From a virus (taxonomy: Duplodnaviria > Caudoviricetes), in IMG/VR virus record IMGVR_UViG_3300025196_000010, positions 1 through 36,877 of that record: a DNA stretch of 36,877 bases. The stretch is one strand, 5' to 3'. Below are positions 15,629 through 24,707 of the stretch, piece after piece; position 1 is the first letter of the stretch; each line of letters starts with the position of its first letter. Made by a program: the position numbers and the translations under genes. Below the pieces are notes generated by a model, which was not told where the DNA came from, made no database searches, and worked only from the letters and a program-made list of their open reading frames with translations.

Positions 15629-16192
15629 ATGACAACAACATCGATTTCCATCTGCAATGAAGCACTGAGCATGATTGGTGCTAAAGCAATTCAATCCTTT
15701 GAGGACAATACGGAAAACGCACGGCGTTGTGCTTCGATTTATGACTCTACACGCCGTGGTTTATTGCGTATGCATCCTTGGTCATTCGCCAAGAAACGCG
15801 CACAGCTTGCACCAGTGAGCACACATCCTGCTTTTGGCTACAGCCATGCATTCCCACTGCCTAAAGATTTTTTGCGTCTATATGATTCAGGCCAGTTTGA
15901 ATATGAAATGGAAGGTCGCCACATTCTGGCCAACACAAATCTAATTAACTTGGTTTATGTCTGTGATGAAGATAATGAAGAGCTTTGGGATTCTTTATTT
16001 TCTGAGTGCATGGCGCTGTATTTGGTGAGCAAGCTTGCAAAGCCCATCACAGGAAGCAATGCCGAAGCAGATAGCGCATGGCAGAAGTTACAGAATATGC
16101 TGAAGCAAGCACGTGCCATCAATGGGCAAGAACGTCCAGCACAAGACTTTGCAGCAGATTACACCCCTAATTTGATGGGGGTACGCTACTAA
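15629..16192 (+). CDS. Tail tubular protein A / adaptor (T7 gp11-like)
   Basis: ICNEALSMIGA..I..HPWSFA..LPKDFLRL motifs. Confidence 0.85.
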   Translation: MTTTSISICNEALSMIGAKAIQSFEDNTENARRCASIYDSTRRGLLRMHPWSFAKKRAQLAPVSTHPAFGYSHAFPLPKDFLRLYDSGQFEYEMEGRHILANTNLINLVYVCDEDNEELWDSLFSECMALYLVSKLAKPITGSNAEADSAWQKLQNMLKQARAINGQERPAQDFAADYTPNLMGVRY

Positions 16193-18261
16193 TGAAGCAG
16201 GTCATCACTAAAAATAACTTCAGTGCTGGGGAGCTATCACCAACGCTGTATACACGTACCGATATTCAACAGTATGGCAACGGAGCAAAGACGCTTAAGA
16301 ATGTGATTCCACTTGTCGAAGGTGGTGTGCGTAAAAGACCAGGCACACTGTTTTTATCGGAACAGGTTGGTGCAGTACGTCTCATTCCGTTTGTGGTCAA
16401 TTCAGACAATGCATTTCTAATTGTTTTTAAGCCAAATTTGGTCGAGATTGTTAATCCGAAAACACTTGAAGTACTTGAAGGTATTGTTTCTCCATACACA
16501 GAGAGTCAGATACATGACATCCAGTTTGTACAATACCGGTATGAAATGTATCTCACACATAGTGAAGTGCCAGTACACCGCCTTTTATGTGATACAGCTT
16601 TTGATAACTGGCAGCTAAATCAGTTTGTTTACACTCATTTGCCGACCGACTCTGAAAATGCACGGTTTCCATTTCGAAAAGGAAAGCCCTCAGGTAAAGA
16701 CATTGGTGCACTGGTATCTTTCACACTGAGCTCATATAACAACTGGGTGAGTACACAGGCTTATTTAGCAGCAGATGTTGTTACCTATGGTGGTAAGTAC
16801 TATCAGGCATTACGTGACAATACAGACAAGCAACCGAACGAAAATGAACTAGATTGGGCACAGGTTACCGTTAGTGCAGGTGCAACATTCACTGCTGCTG
16901 ATATTGGCAATTTGATTGAAGTGAATGGAGGGATTATTAAGATCACTCAGTTCATTAATGCTGATCATGTAAACGGAGAAATTCTTAAAAAATTAGATGC
17001 CGACATCACAGCAATTGAACGTTCTTGGGCAATTTTGCCGCCAGCATTTAACGCTACGAATGGCTATCCAAGATGTTGCACATTCTTTAAGCAGCGTTTA
17101 GTCCTATCGAACACAAAAAAAGCACCAAACAAGGTGTGGTTTAGTGCTGTTGGCGGTAATGGTAATTTTCTCGAAACTACAGAAGATGGGGATGCATTCA
17201 GCATTGTGTCTGCATCTGGCCTATCAAACAGTATCTTATTCTTAGAAGCTCAGCGCGGGGTAGTGTGTTTAACCTCAGGTGGTGAGTACATGATCGACTC
17301 GGACGGCGCATTAACTCCTACCACAGTAAACATCAATGAGCACAGCGCATACGGTGCATATCCAGTTACACGACCTGAACGTGTGGGCAATGAGCTGCTA
17401 TTTGTGCAGCGTGGTGGTGAACGTGTCCGGGCTTTAACTTATCGCTATGAAGTTGACGGCTTGGTTTCACCTGAGGTCAGCTCCCTTTCTTCCCATATTG
17501 GAGAGGAACACGGCGGGGTAAATGAAATCTCCTACATGCAAGAACCTGAAAGTTTAGTGTGGTTAGTGTTGGGCGATGGCAAAGTGGCCACAATTACTTT
17601 TAACCGCGATCAAGAGGTTTTGGCATGGGCACAGCACGACTTTAGCGGTGAAGTGATTAGCATGTGTTCTATCCCCACACAGCTTGGTTCAGACCGTACA
17701 TTTATGTTGGTGAAACGCTCGGGTACCACGTGTCTTGAGGAGGTTTCCTTTAGCGCATATGTAGACTCAGAACGCACATTAGTTGTGGATAGTGGACAAG
17801 TCGAAAAACCTAATTTTCTTGATGAGGTTGTGGCCTATCACCAAGGGGATGATTTTATTTATCAGACCAACTTTGAGGAGGATGGGGAACACTTAGTTGT
17901 AGGTGATGAGCTAAACGGTGAAGGCATCAAAGTCGGTCAGCCGATCCACTGTACAGTTGAGCTATTCCCACCTGAATTGAATCAAGCACCGCTGTCTAGC
18001 ATGTTGCATAAAGCTAAGGTCGATCGTACAGCTTTCTTTTTTAACAACACCATTGCGCCCGAGTTAAACGGTGAAATGATTGAAATTTTCACCTATGACG
18101 ATAACCCACTTGCACCACGAAAGCCACATACAGGCTATCACTTGGAAGAAGGTGGATCATGGGAGGATCTTCATAGAATCCCTTTAGTAATAACACACAA
18201 CAAACCGCTGCCGTTTCAGTTGCAAGCTATCACTATGCAGTTATCAATTAACGAGAAATAA
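16192..18261 (+). CDS. Tail tubular protein B / nozzle (T7 gp12/P22 gp10-like)
   Basis: NNFSAGELSP..GGVRKRPGT, GYPRCCTFFKQRL, LFVQRGG and C-terminal PLPF motifs. Confidence 0.88.
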   Translation: MKQVITKNNFSAGELSPTLYTRTDIQQYGNGAKTLKNVIPLVEGGVRKRPGTLFLSEQVGAVRLIPFVVNSDNAFLIVFKPNLVEIVNPKTLEVLEGIVSPYTESQIHDIQFVQYRYEMYLTHSEVPVHRLLCDTAFDNWQLNQFVYTHLPTDSENARFPFRKGKPSGKDIGALVSFTLSSYNNWVSTQAYLAADVVTYGGKYYQALRDNTDKQPNENELDWAQVTVSAGATFTAADIGNLIEVNGGIIKITQFINADHVNGEILKKLDADITAIERSWAILPPAFNATNGYPRCCTFFKQRLVLSNTKKAPNKVWFSAVGGNGNFLETTEDGDAFSIVSASGLSNSILFLEAQRGVVCLTSGGEYMIDSDGALTPTTVNINEHSAYGAYPVTRPERVGNELLFVQRGGERVRALTYRYEVDGLVSPEVSSLSSHIGEEHGGVNEISYMQEPESLVWLVLGDGKVATITFNRDQEVLAWAQHDFSGEVISMCSIPTQLGSDRTFMLVKRSGTTCLEEVSFSAYVDSERTLVVDSGQVEKPNFLDEVVAYHQGDDFIYQTNFEEDGEHLVVGDELNGEGIKVGQPIHCTVELFPPELNQAPLSSMLHKAKVDRTAFFFNNTIAPELNGEMIEIFTYDDNPLAPRKPHTGYHLEEGGSWEDLHRIPLVITHNKPLPFQLQAITMQLSINEK
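18194..18228 (+). promoter_or_regulatory. Late element copy 4 (intragenic, no hairpin) upstream of the GNAT/ejection genes
   Basis: CACACAACAAACCGC, identical over 15 bp to the copy at 24647; N17-CAAGCT. Confidence 0.6.
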
Positions 18262-18263
18262 CC

Positions 18264-18713
18264 ATGCGAGTGCGTACAGCTAAGCTCCCCGATGTGCCTG
18301 CCTTGGTTGCATTGGGGCAAGAATTTATTAAAGAAGCGCCCAACTATCAAAATCGTCCATACATGAATGATAAGGCCGCAGAGCATTTCACTCATTTAAT
18401 TAATGGTGGTGGTGTGATTTTCATCGTTGAGCAAGATCAAGAAATCATGGGCGGTTTTGCAGGGCGTATCGGTGGTGACTGGTTCAATAACACTAAAATT
18501 GCCTTTGATGACGTGATGTATGTGAAGCCTGAATTTCGCAAGACACGCGCAGCTTATGTACTCATTCAAACTTTCGTTGGTTGGGCCGCTGCTATGGGTG
18601 TGAATCGAATCCAGTGCGGTACCACGACTGGTGTTGAATCTCGTGCTTGTATTCGACTCTATGAGCATTTCGGTTTTACACAATACGGCACTGTTTTGGA
18701 TATGGAGCTATAA
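18264..18713 (+). CDS. GNAT-family N-acetyltransferase
   Basis: MRVRTA..DVPAL, MYVKPEFRKT, RLYEHFGF motifs. Confidence 0.85.
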   Translation: MRVRTAKLPDVPALVALGQEFIKEAPNYQNRPYMNDKAAEHFTHLINGGGVIFIVEQDQEIMGGFAGRIGGDWFNNTKIAFDDVMYVKPEFRKTRAAYVLIQTFVGWAAAMGVNRIQCGTTTGVESRACIRLYEHFGFTQYGTVLDMEL

Positions 18714-18715
18714 AC

Positions 18716-19216
18716 ATGAATGACGTTATTCCAGTAGAAGAAAATATCTTAAAGCGAATTTTGGAAAACCGTGAACATCGAACTTACATTGAGGTTGTAA
18801 AGAGCATCCAAAATGTGATGCTAAAAGGTATTAGTGAAAACCATATTGATGAAGTAAAGCCACCAGTAATTCATCACTTTGGACCAGATATTTACATGCG
18901 ACAAATGGATGCCAAAGCCGGTACTTTAGTGGTTAGTAAGATGCATAGTACCGAGCATTTTAATATTTTGCTTAAAGGTGCAGTTTCCTTAATCACAGAA
19001 GATGGGATTAAGGATGTCTATGCAGGTCAAATTATGCTTTCAAAGGTAGGGACTAAGCGCATTGGTTATTTTCATGAGGATAGTTCTTGGCTCACGATTC
19101 ATCCGACTAATGAAACAGACGTAGACCAGTTGGAAAAAGATATAACAATTCCAGAGGAAGAAATTGACGAATTTCTTGAGAGTATCGGCTACTCACATAA
19201 GGAGTTTATCGCATGA
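18716..19216 (+). CDS. Cupin-like hypothetical protein
   Basis: HHFGPDIYMRQM..AGTLVVSKMHSTEHFNILLKG..WLTIHP beta-rich His pattern. Confidence 0.55.
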   Translation: MNDVIPVEENILKRILENREHRTYIEVVKSIQNVMLKGISENHIDEVKPPVIHHFGPDIYMRQMDAKAGTLVVSKMHSTEHFNILLKGAVSLITEDGIKDVYAGQIMLSKVGTKRIGYFHEDSSWLTIHPTNETDVDQLEKDITIPEEEIDEFLESIGYSHKEFIA

Positions 19217-19701
19217 GTGTTGCTTATGTCGCTGCTGCGGCAGCAGTCGCAAGTGCCGCAATTACAGGTTATTCAAGTTATCAAAATAATAAAGCTGCAG
19301 GTGAACAAGCTGAAGCGGATGCGAGTGCTGAAAAAGCACGTGGACGCTTAGAAGCAGAGCGTATCCGAAAGGAGAAAGAAAAAACTCAATCTGCTGCACG
19401 TGCTGCTTTGGCTCAGAATGGCCTAGATGTGAATGAAGGCACAGCACTGGTGATCAATGATGAAATTGAACAGGCCGCAAATTATGATGCAAATATGGCT
19501 GAAGTTACAGGCTATAACGCCTCACAGCGATTGAAAGCACAAGCCAGCCAATTTAAGAACAATGCGAATACGGCAGCGGCAACAGGTGTTTTAAATACGG
19601 TTTCAGCGGGTGCTAGTGGCTACTCTAAGGCTGTTACTGCGAAGAAACAGTCTGCACTTCTAGATGCTCAAATCACCAATGAAACAAAAGGGTGGAAATA
19701 A
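19213..19701 (+). CDS. Internal virion/ejection protein (gp14-like)
   Basis: Ala-rich hydrophobic N-terminus, ARAALAQNGLDVNEGTAL motif, position. Confidence 0.7.
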   Translation: MSVAYVAAAAAVASAAITGYSSYQNNKAAGEQAEADASAEKARGRLEAERIRKEKEKTQSAARAALAQNGLDVNEGTALVINDEIEQAANYDANMAEVTGYNASQRLKAQASQFKNNANTAAATGVLNTVSAGASGYSKAVTAKKQSALLDAQITNETKGWK

Positions 19702-21746
19702 TGCCAAGAATCCCGATGGGTAATTTTGGTAAAGCAATGCCTGAAGTTCAACGTATTGCAGTACCTCAAAACAACCTAGATCAGCTTGGTGGCGCACTCC
19801 AGAATGCGTCTCAAGCTGCTGGACAAATTGCAAGAAAACAAGAGGAAGAGCAAAGGAAAAAAGATGACTTAACCGCTTCAACCATTGTTAGCCAATTTGG
19901 TTTGGACTCTGAAAATATGGCTGCTGATTACCGTCAAAAGGTTGCCAGTAATCAAATGTCAGATGTTGATGCGGACCTAGCATTCTCGAAAGAGTATGGC
20001 TTAAAGATGGACGAGGTCGTTTCACAGCTCCCTCAGAGTGTTAGTCAAGGATACAAGGAAAATCTTGTTAAGTATGGTACTGGACAGGTTGGAACTTTCT
20101 ATCAGACTGGGCGCAATGTAGCTGGGGACCTAGCAAAAACCAATCTTAAATTGACGCTTGAAAATGCCTCCAAAATGGGAGATCAAGCTGCTGCACTCCC
20201 CTTAGTTGAAAATGCATTTAATGCGGCATCTGAGTATTTAAGTCCAGCAGAGGTACTTGAGTATAGATCTAACTATAAACAGCAGCAACAAAGCACAAAT
20301 CTTGGTTATCGTTTATCTAGTGCACAGACATCTAAAGATTATCAGGATATTTATACTGAGCTACAGGATGAAAAGAACTACAGCAGCCTGCCTAGTTCGA
20401 CTAGAAACAGTGCTATGCATTCTGCTAAAAGCGGTTTATTGCAAATCCAAAGGCAAGAGCAGCAAGCACAAAATAAAAAAGAGTCTGATGCTGTAAAGCT
20501 AGTAAATGATTTACAAAGTAATGTGCTTTCTGGTGGAAAAATTGACCTTGAGTATATGACCAATCTGGGTAAGGCAACAGAAGGGACTGAAGCACATAAA
20601 GATTATCTTTTTTTGCAATCAAATTATGTCGGTATTCAAGAGTTTCAAAACTTGAATACAAATGATAAGAAAGTACGACTTGATCGGTTAGAGCGGGATT
20701 TTAAAAATACACCTTCAGAGAATGCATCTGACCGTAAAAAACTTTTGGACTTATACCGCAGTATCTACACTCAAGACGTTTCGGATGCGAAATCCGATAA
20801 TGTTTCTGCTGCTGGAAAGCTTGGGATTGAGGTAAGTGGTTTTACTGGACAGCAGCTTTTAACTGATCCAGATGGAACAATGGGTCTGATTGTAAACAAT
20901 CTACATGCTCTTAACCAAGCAAAAAAACATGAGCCAAATATCAGCCTTGATCCAATTCCAGCATTGAATAAAGGTGATATTCAGGAATCTTTTGAAAAGG
21001 CTAACCCTAAGCAAAAGTTAGATGTTTTAGCCTCAATTATGAAAGGTTCTCAAAAAAATAGACTCTCATTGAGTGCGACAAAAGAGATTATCAAAACTAT
21101 TGGTGGTGGTGATGGCATATACAACATTGCTGCTGTAGCTGTGGCAAATAACGCTGTTTACCATGGTAAAAACACAGGCCATATTATTTTGTCAGGTGCG
21201 AGCTTAATTAAGGCTCAAAATCAAATTACACCTGCAAATTTGGAAGAAACTTACCGAGGACGAATTAGTAACCTAGCTGGTGACGGTGATTATTCTGCAA
21301 ACTGGTCAGCATTTAAATCAGCATATGCTTATTTTGAATCAGAAGTTGGGCATCATCAAAAAAGCAAGGAAGATGTATACAACACAGATTCATTTAATAA
21401 AGCTTTAGATGCTACGACTGGTGGGCTGTATCAGCAGCACAATACCTCATGGTTTGGTACGGGTAGGTTTAAAACAGCAAATGGAACTGTCACTGATTGG
21501 ATGGTTCAAAAACCTTATTTAGTGAGTGATAGTGCTTTTGAGACTATTGTTAATTCAGAGTTTGAGCGAATCGCTAAGAAACATAATTTATCCCCTAATT
21601 TTGTTAAAGATAATTTTAGATTGGAAGCTAAACAAGGCTCAACCTACGACCGTGAAGTTACCTACTATTTGCTAGATGCTAATGGTGAACGATGGAATGT
21701 TAAAGGTATACCCCAAACAATCACTCTTATAAACAAGCGGAGATAA
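19701..21746 (+). CDS. Internal virion/ejection protein (gp15-like)
   Basis: MPRIP start with TAATG coupling; long helical protein in the ejection module. Confidence 0.65.
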   Translation: MPRIPMGNFGKAMPEVQRIAVPQNNLDQLGGALQNASQAAGQIARKQEEEQRKKDDLTASTIVSQFGLDSENMAADYRQKVASNQMSDVDADLAFSKEYGLKMDEVVSQLPQSVSQGYKENLVKYGTGQVGTFYQTGRNVAGDLAKTNLKLTLENASKMGDQAAALPLVENAFNAASEYLSPAEVLEYRSNYKQQQQSTNLGYRLSSAQTSKDYQDIYTELQDEKNYSSLPSSTRNSAMHSAKSGLLQIQRQEQQAQNKKESDAVKLVNDLQSNVLSGGKIDLEYMTNLGKATEGTEAHKDYLFLQSNYVGIQEFQNLNTNDKKVRLDRLERDFKNTPSENASDRKKLLDLYRSIYTQDVSDAKSDNVSAAGKLGIEVSGFTGQQLLTDPDGTMGLIVNNLHALNQAKKHEPNISLDPIPALNKGDIQESFEKANPKQKLDVLASIMKGSQKNRLSLSATKEIIKTIGGGDGIYNIAAVAVANNAVYHGKNTGHIILSGASLIKAQNQITPANLEETYRGRISNLAGDGDYSANWSAFKSAYAYFESEVGHHQKSKEDVYNTDSFNKALDATTGGLYQQHNTSWFGTGRFKTANGTVTDWMVQKPYLVSDSAFETIVNSEFERIAKKHNLSPNFVKDNFRLEAKQGSTYDREVTYYLLDANGERWNVKGIPQTITLINKRR

Positions 21747-21749
21747 ATC

Positions 21750-24641
21750 ATGGGATTAGCCTACAATGCATTGGATGACGATGATAGTGATTTAGATGCT
21801 TATGATTTAAGCCAAACTATGAAACCGAGCGCACGTTCAGGTACACCAACGGATCCAAAAAAATTAAAAGATGCACCGGGCTTTTTTACTGGTTCATCCA
21901 CTGCAATCCAAAGAGGTGTTAAATCTGGTCTCGGTAAAGTTGCTATATCTTTAATTGGATCGGAAGAGGAGAACCGTAAGGCTGCTGAGGATGATTCATT
22001 ACAGCTACAGCTTTATCAGGCTGCTGTGCAAAAAGATGGAGTTATAAAAACTGGTTCGTATGAACAGTTTACCGAGCGTGAATACAAGAAAAGCAAGAAA
22101 GACACTATGCAATTCGTTAAGGACAATAGTCCTAATGAGGGCGACGGCATGGGTGCTCAGATTCTTAATAGCGTAGGTGATTATGGGACACGAGGGGTAA
22201 TTGGTGGTAGTACAGCTGGTGGTGCCTATGTGGTTGGTAAGTCAACCAAGGATTATGTTTATAACAAGCTGATTGAATCAGGTGTTGATGAAGATACAGC
22301 ACAAAAAGCATCTTTGAATGATGCTTTTGTGGATGGCGTGGGGATGGTAGTTCCCGTCTACCGTGGTGCTGGTATTTTAAAAAATGCTGGCTTAGTTGCT
22401 GCACCTGTAGCTCTCACTGAAGCAGGTCATGCAATTAATGAAAATATGCTTGAGTCTAAAGGATATAAAAAGCAAGCTAAAGACTATGAATTTTCAACTG
22501 AAAACGTAATGACTGGTTTAATCCTTGGTGGTGCTATTAACCGGGGAACGGCATATCTTGATTCACGCAGCAATAAAAAAGCATTTGAACAAACTCCAGA
22601 AGAGGCACAAACGACTGCCGAAATTAAAGATGAGGTTACACCTTCTATCGCAAAACGTTTGGATGATGAGTATAACGAATTAGGTCTACATTCAGACGAT
22701 ATCGAGACAAGAGAAAAAATTAAGCAAAACAGGAATGTTGCTGAGTCTCAAGTAATGGCTGGGCAACCAATTAATGTTCCTCATTCTGATATTCAAGAAC
22801 CCAACATAAAACCCACGCTAAATAAAACGATCCTGAATAGTAACGGTCAACTTTTGGCTGAGAAAGCAGAGCAAGCGGGTATCAATCCAAGTGATGCACT
22901 AACTATCGCTCACCTTGAAAGTGGTGCAAATTTTTCCGCTTCTGCACAAAACACAACATCTTCGGCAAATGGCATCCTTCAGGTAATTGATTCATCATGG
23001 AAAAGACTAGGCGGTGGTGATCGGAAAGATTTAAACGAGCAAATCCGCGTTGGCCTATTGCATATGAAGGAGGCAAATTCCTATATCGCTAAAAAGCTCG
23101 GACGGGAGCCTGTAGCACATGAGCAATATTTAGGTCATCTTCTTGGGCCAGCTGGCGCGGTAAAGGTTTTACAAGCCGACCCAAATGCACGGCTCATTGA
23201 TATTGTTCGTAGCTATGATAAAAAAAATGCCAATGCGATCGTAAACAATAATCGCATGGCTGGTATGACTGTTGGTCAAGCTATATCGAAATGGGAACAA
23301 AAGTGGAACAGTGTGGGTGCTCGTTATGGAGGCGCAGGGTCTGAGCGTGTTAGCACTGCATATGATGCTAATGGTAATTCATATGAGCTACTTACTGAGA
23401 TTGAAGACTTATCTAGCTTAATCGTTTCAAACGAGATAAATGGCGCATTAAACTCAATGTATCCTCAGGAACTCCAACCGCGAGATAGGTCTAGTGCAGC
23501 ATCACAGATGCAGATTGATAATATTGCCAATAATTTACGATCTGAGTTACTTGGAGGTAGTCACCGTGTTTCGGATGGTGCACCAATCACTGGCTTAGAT
23601 AATGTCGTTGAATCAGGTAATGGCCGAGCTTTAGCAATCAGTAAGGCATACGAAACAGGCAAGGCAGATAATTATCGGGCTTATGTTGAACAGTATGCCC
23701 AAGACAATGGAATTGATATTTCTGGTATGAAGCAACCAGTTCTAACTAGAAAGCGATTATCTGATACGGATCGTGCTGAATTTGCACGTGTAGCCAATCA
23801 ACCTGATGTTGCAGGATATAGTGCAACTGAGCGTGCACGAAATACTAATTTGCCCGATACAGGTTTACTCAAAATCAATCATGACGGTAGTATTAACCTT
23901 GATCAGTCAAATGACTTTGTAAAACAATTTCTTCAAAGTATTCCTGATGCGGAACGTGGGTCGTTAATCACTAAAGATGGTTATCAATTAAGTCAAGATG
24001 GCAAGCGTCTTATTGAATCTACAATCATGCAAAATACTTATGATGACTCCAATCTTGTAACTCGACTGTCTGAAAATCTTGATGATGAAAGCAAAAATGT
24101 GCTGAACGCTCTTATGCGTGTTGCTCCACAGCTTTTGCAATTGGGTGATTTGGTTAAACAAGGTGGACGACATACTAACGATATCGCTAAAGATTTAGCT
24201 CAAGCGGCGCAAAAACTTAGCGATTTAAAAGCCAGCGGCGTGAAGGTTGATGATTACTTAAACCAAGGTCAGCTCATTGATGATGGACTTTCACCTGGTG
24301 CGCGAGAATTCCTTAATGTCTTTGACCAAAATAAACGCAGTACAAAAGCAATATCAGATTATGTGCAATCTAAAATTGATGAAGTTGAGGCAAAAGGCGA
24401 CCCGCGACAAGGATCGTTGTTTGGTGATACACCAGAGCAAATTACTGCAATGCAGATTTTAAGAGACAATCCAGATATGGATATAGCAACATTCATTGAA
24501 GATCCGGCAGGCAATGAAATATCAGCTACAACCAAAGCTTCAAATGTATTAGAGCAACTAAAAAAAGAAACTGAATTAGCAGACATGGACATTGTTGCAT
24601 CACAAGCCGCAATTAACTGTTTCCTGCAGTACGGGACATAA
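21750..24641 (+). CDS. Internal virion protein with lytic transglycosylase and DdrB-like ParB domains
   Basis: IAHLESG..SSANGILQ..W..YLGHLLGPAGA (SLT-like); ELQPRDRS..GAPI..VVESGNGR (ParB/Srx-like). Confidence 0.8.
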   Translation: MGLAYNALDDDDSDLDAYDLSQTMKPSARSGTPTDPKKLKDAPGFFTGSSTAIQRGVKSGLGKVAISLIGSEEENRKAAEDDSLQLQLYQAAVQKDGVIKTGSYEQFTEREYKKSKKDTMQFVKDNSPNEGDGMGAQILNSVGDYGTRGVIGGSTAGGAYVVGKSTKDYVYNKLIESGVDEDTAQKASLNDAFVDGVGMVVPVYRGAGILKNAGLVAAPVALTEAGHAINENMLESKGYKKQAKDYEFSTENVMTGLILGGAINRGTAYLDSRSNKKAFEQTPEEAQTTAEIKDEVTPSIAKRLDDEYNELGLHSDDIETREKIKQNRNVAESQVMAGQPINVPHSDIQEPNIKPTLNKTILNSNGQLLAEKAEQAGINPSDALTIAHLESGANFSASAQNTTSSANGILQVIDSSWKRLGGGDRKDLNEQIRVGLLHMKEANSYIAKKLGREPVAHEQYLGHLLGPAGAVKVLQADPNARLIDIVRSYDKKNANAIVNNNRMAGMTVGQAISKWEQKWNSVGARYGGAGSERVSTAYDANGNSYELLTEIEDLSSLIVSNEINGALNSMYPQELQPRDRSSAASQMQIDNIANNLRSELLGGSHRVSDGAPITGLDNVVESGNGRALAISKAYETGKADNYRAYVEQYAQDNGIDISGMKQPVLTRKRLSDTDRAEFARVANQPDVAGYSATERARNTNLPDTGLLKINHDGSINLDQSNDFVKQFLQSIPDAERGSLITKDGYQLSQDGKRLIESTIMQNTYDDSNLVTRLSENLDDESKNVLNALMRVAPQLLQLGDLVKQGGRHTNDIAKDLAQAAQKLSDLKASGVKVDDYLNQGQLIDDGLSPGAREFLNVFDQNKRSTKAISDYVQSKIDEVEAKGDPRQGSLFGDTPEQITAMQILRDNPDMDIATFIEDPAGNEISATTKASNVLEQLKKETELADMDIVASQAAINCFLQYGT

Positions 24642-24646
24642 TTAAG

Positions 24647-24707
24647 CACACAACAAACCGCAGCATAATTAATGCTCAGATGACTAAAATTATCTGGGCA
24701 TTTTTTT
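24647..24707 (+). promoter_or_regulatory. Late element copy 5: motif plus terminator hairpin abutting ATG 24708
   Basis: CACACAACAAAC; stem AATGCTCAGATGA/TTATCTGGGCATT; T run; ATG. Confidence 0.75.
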
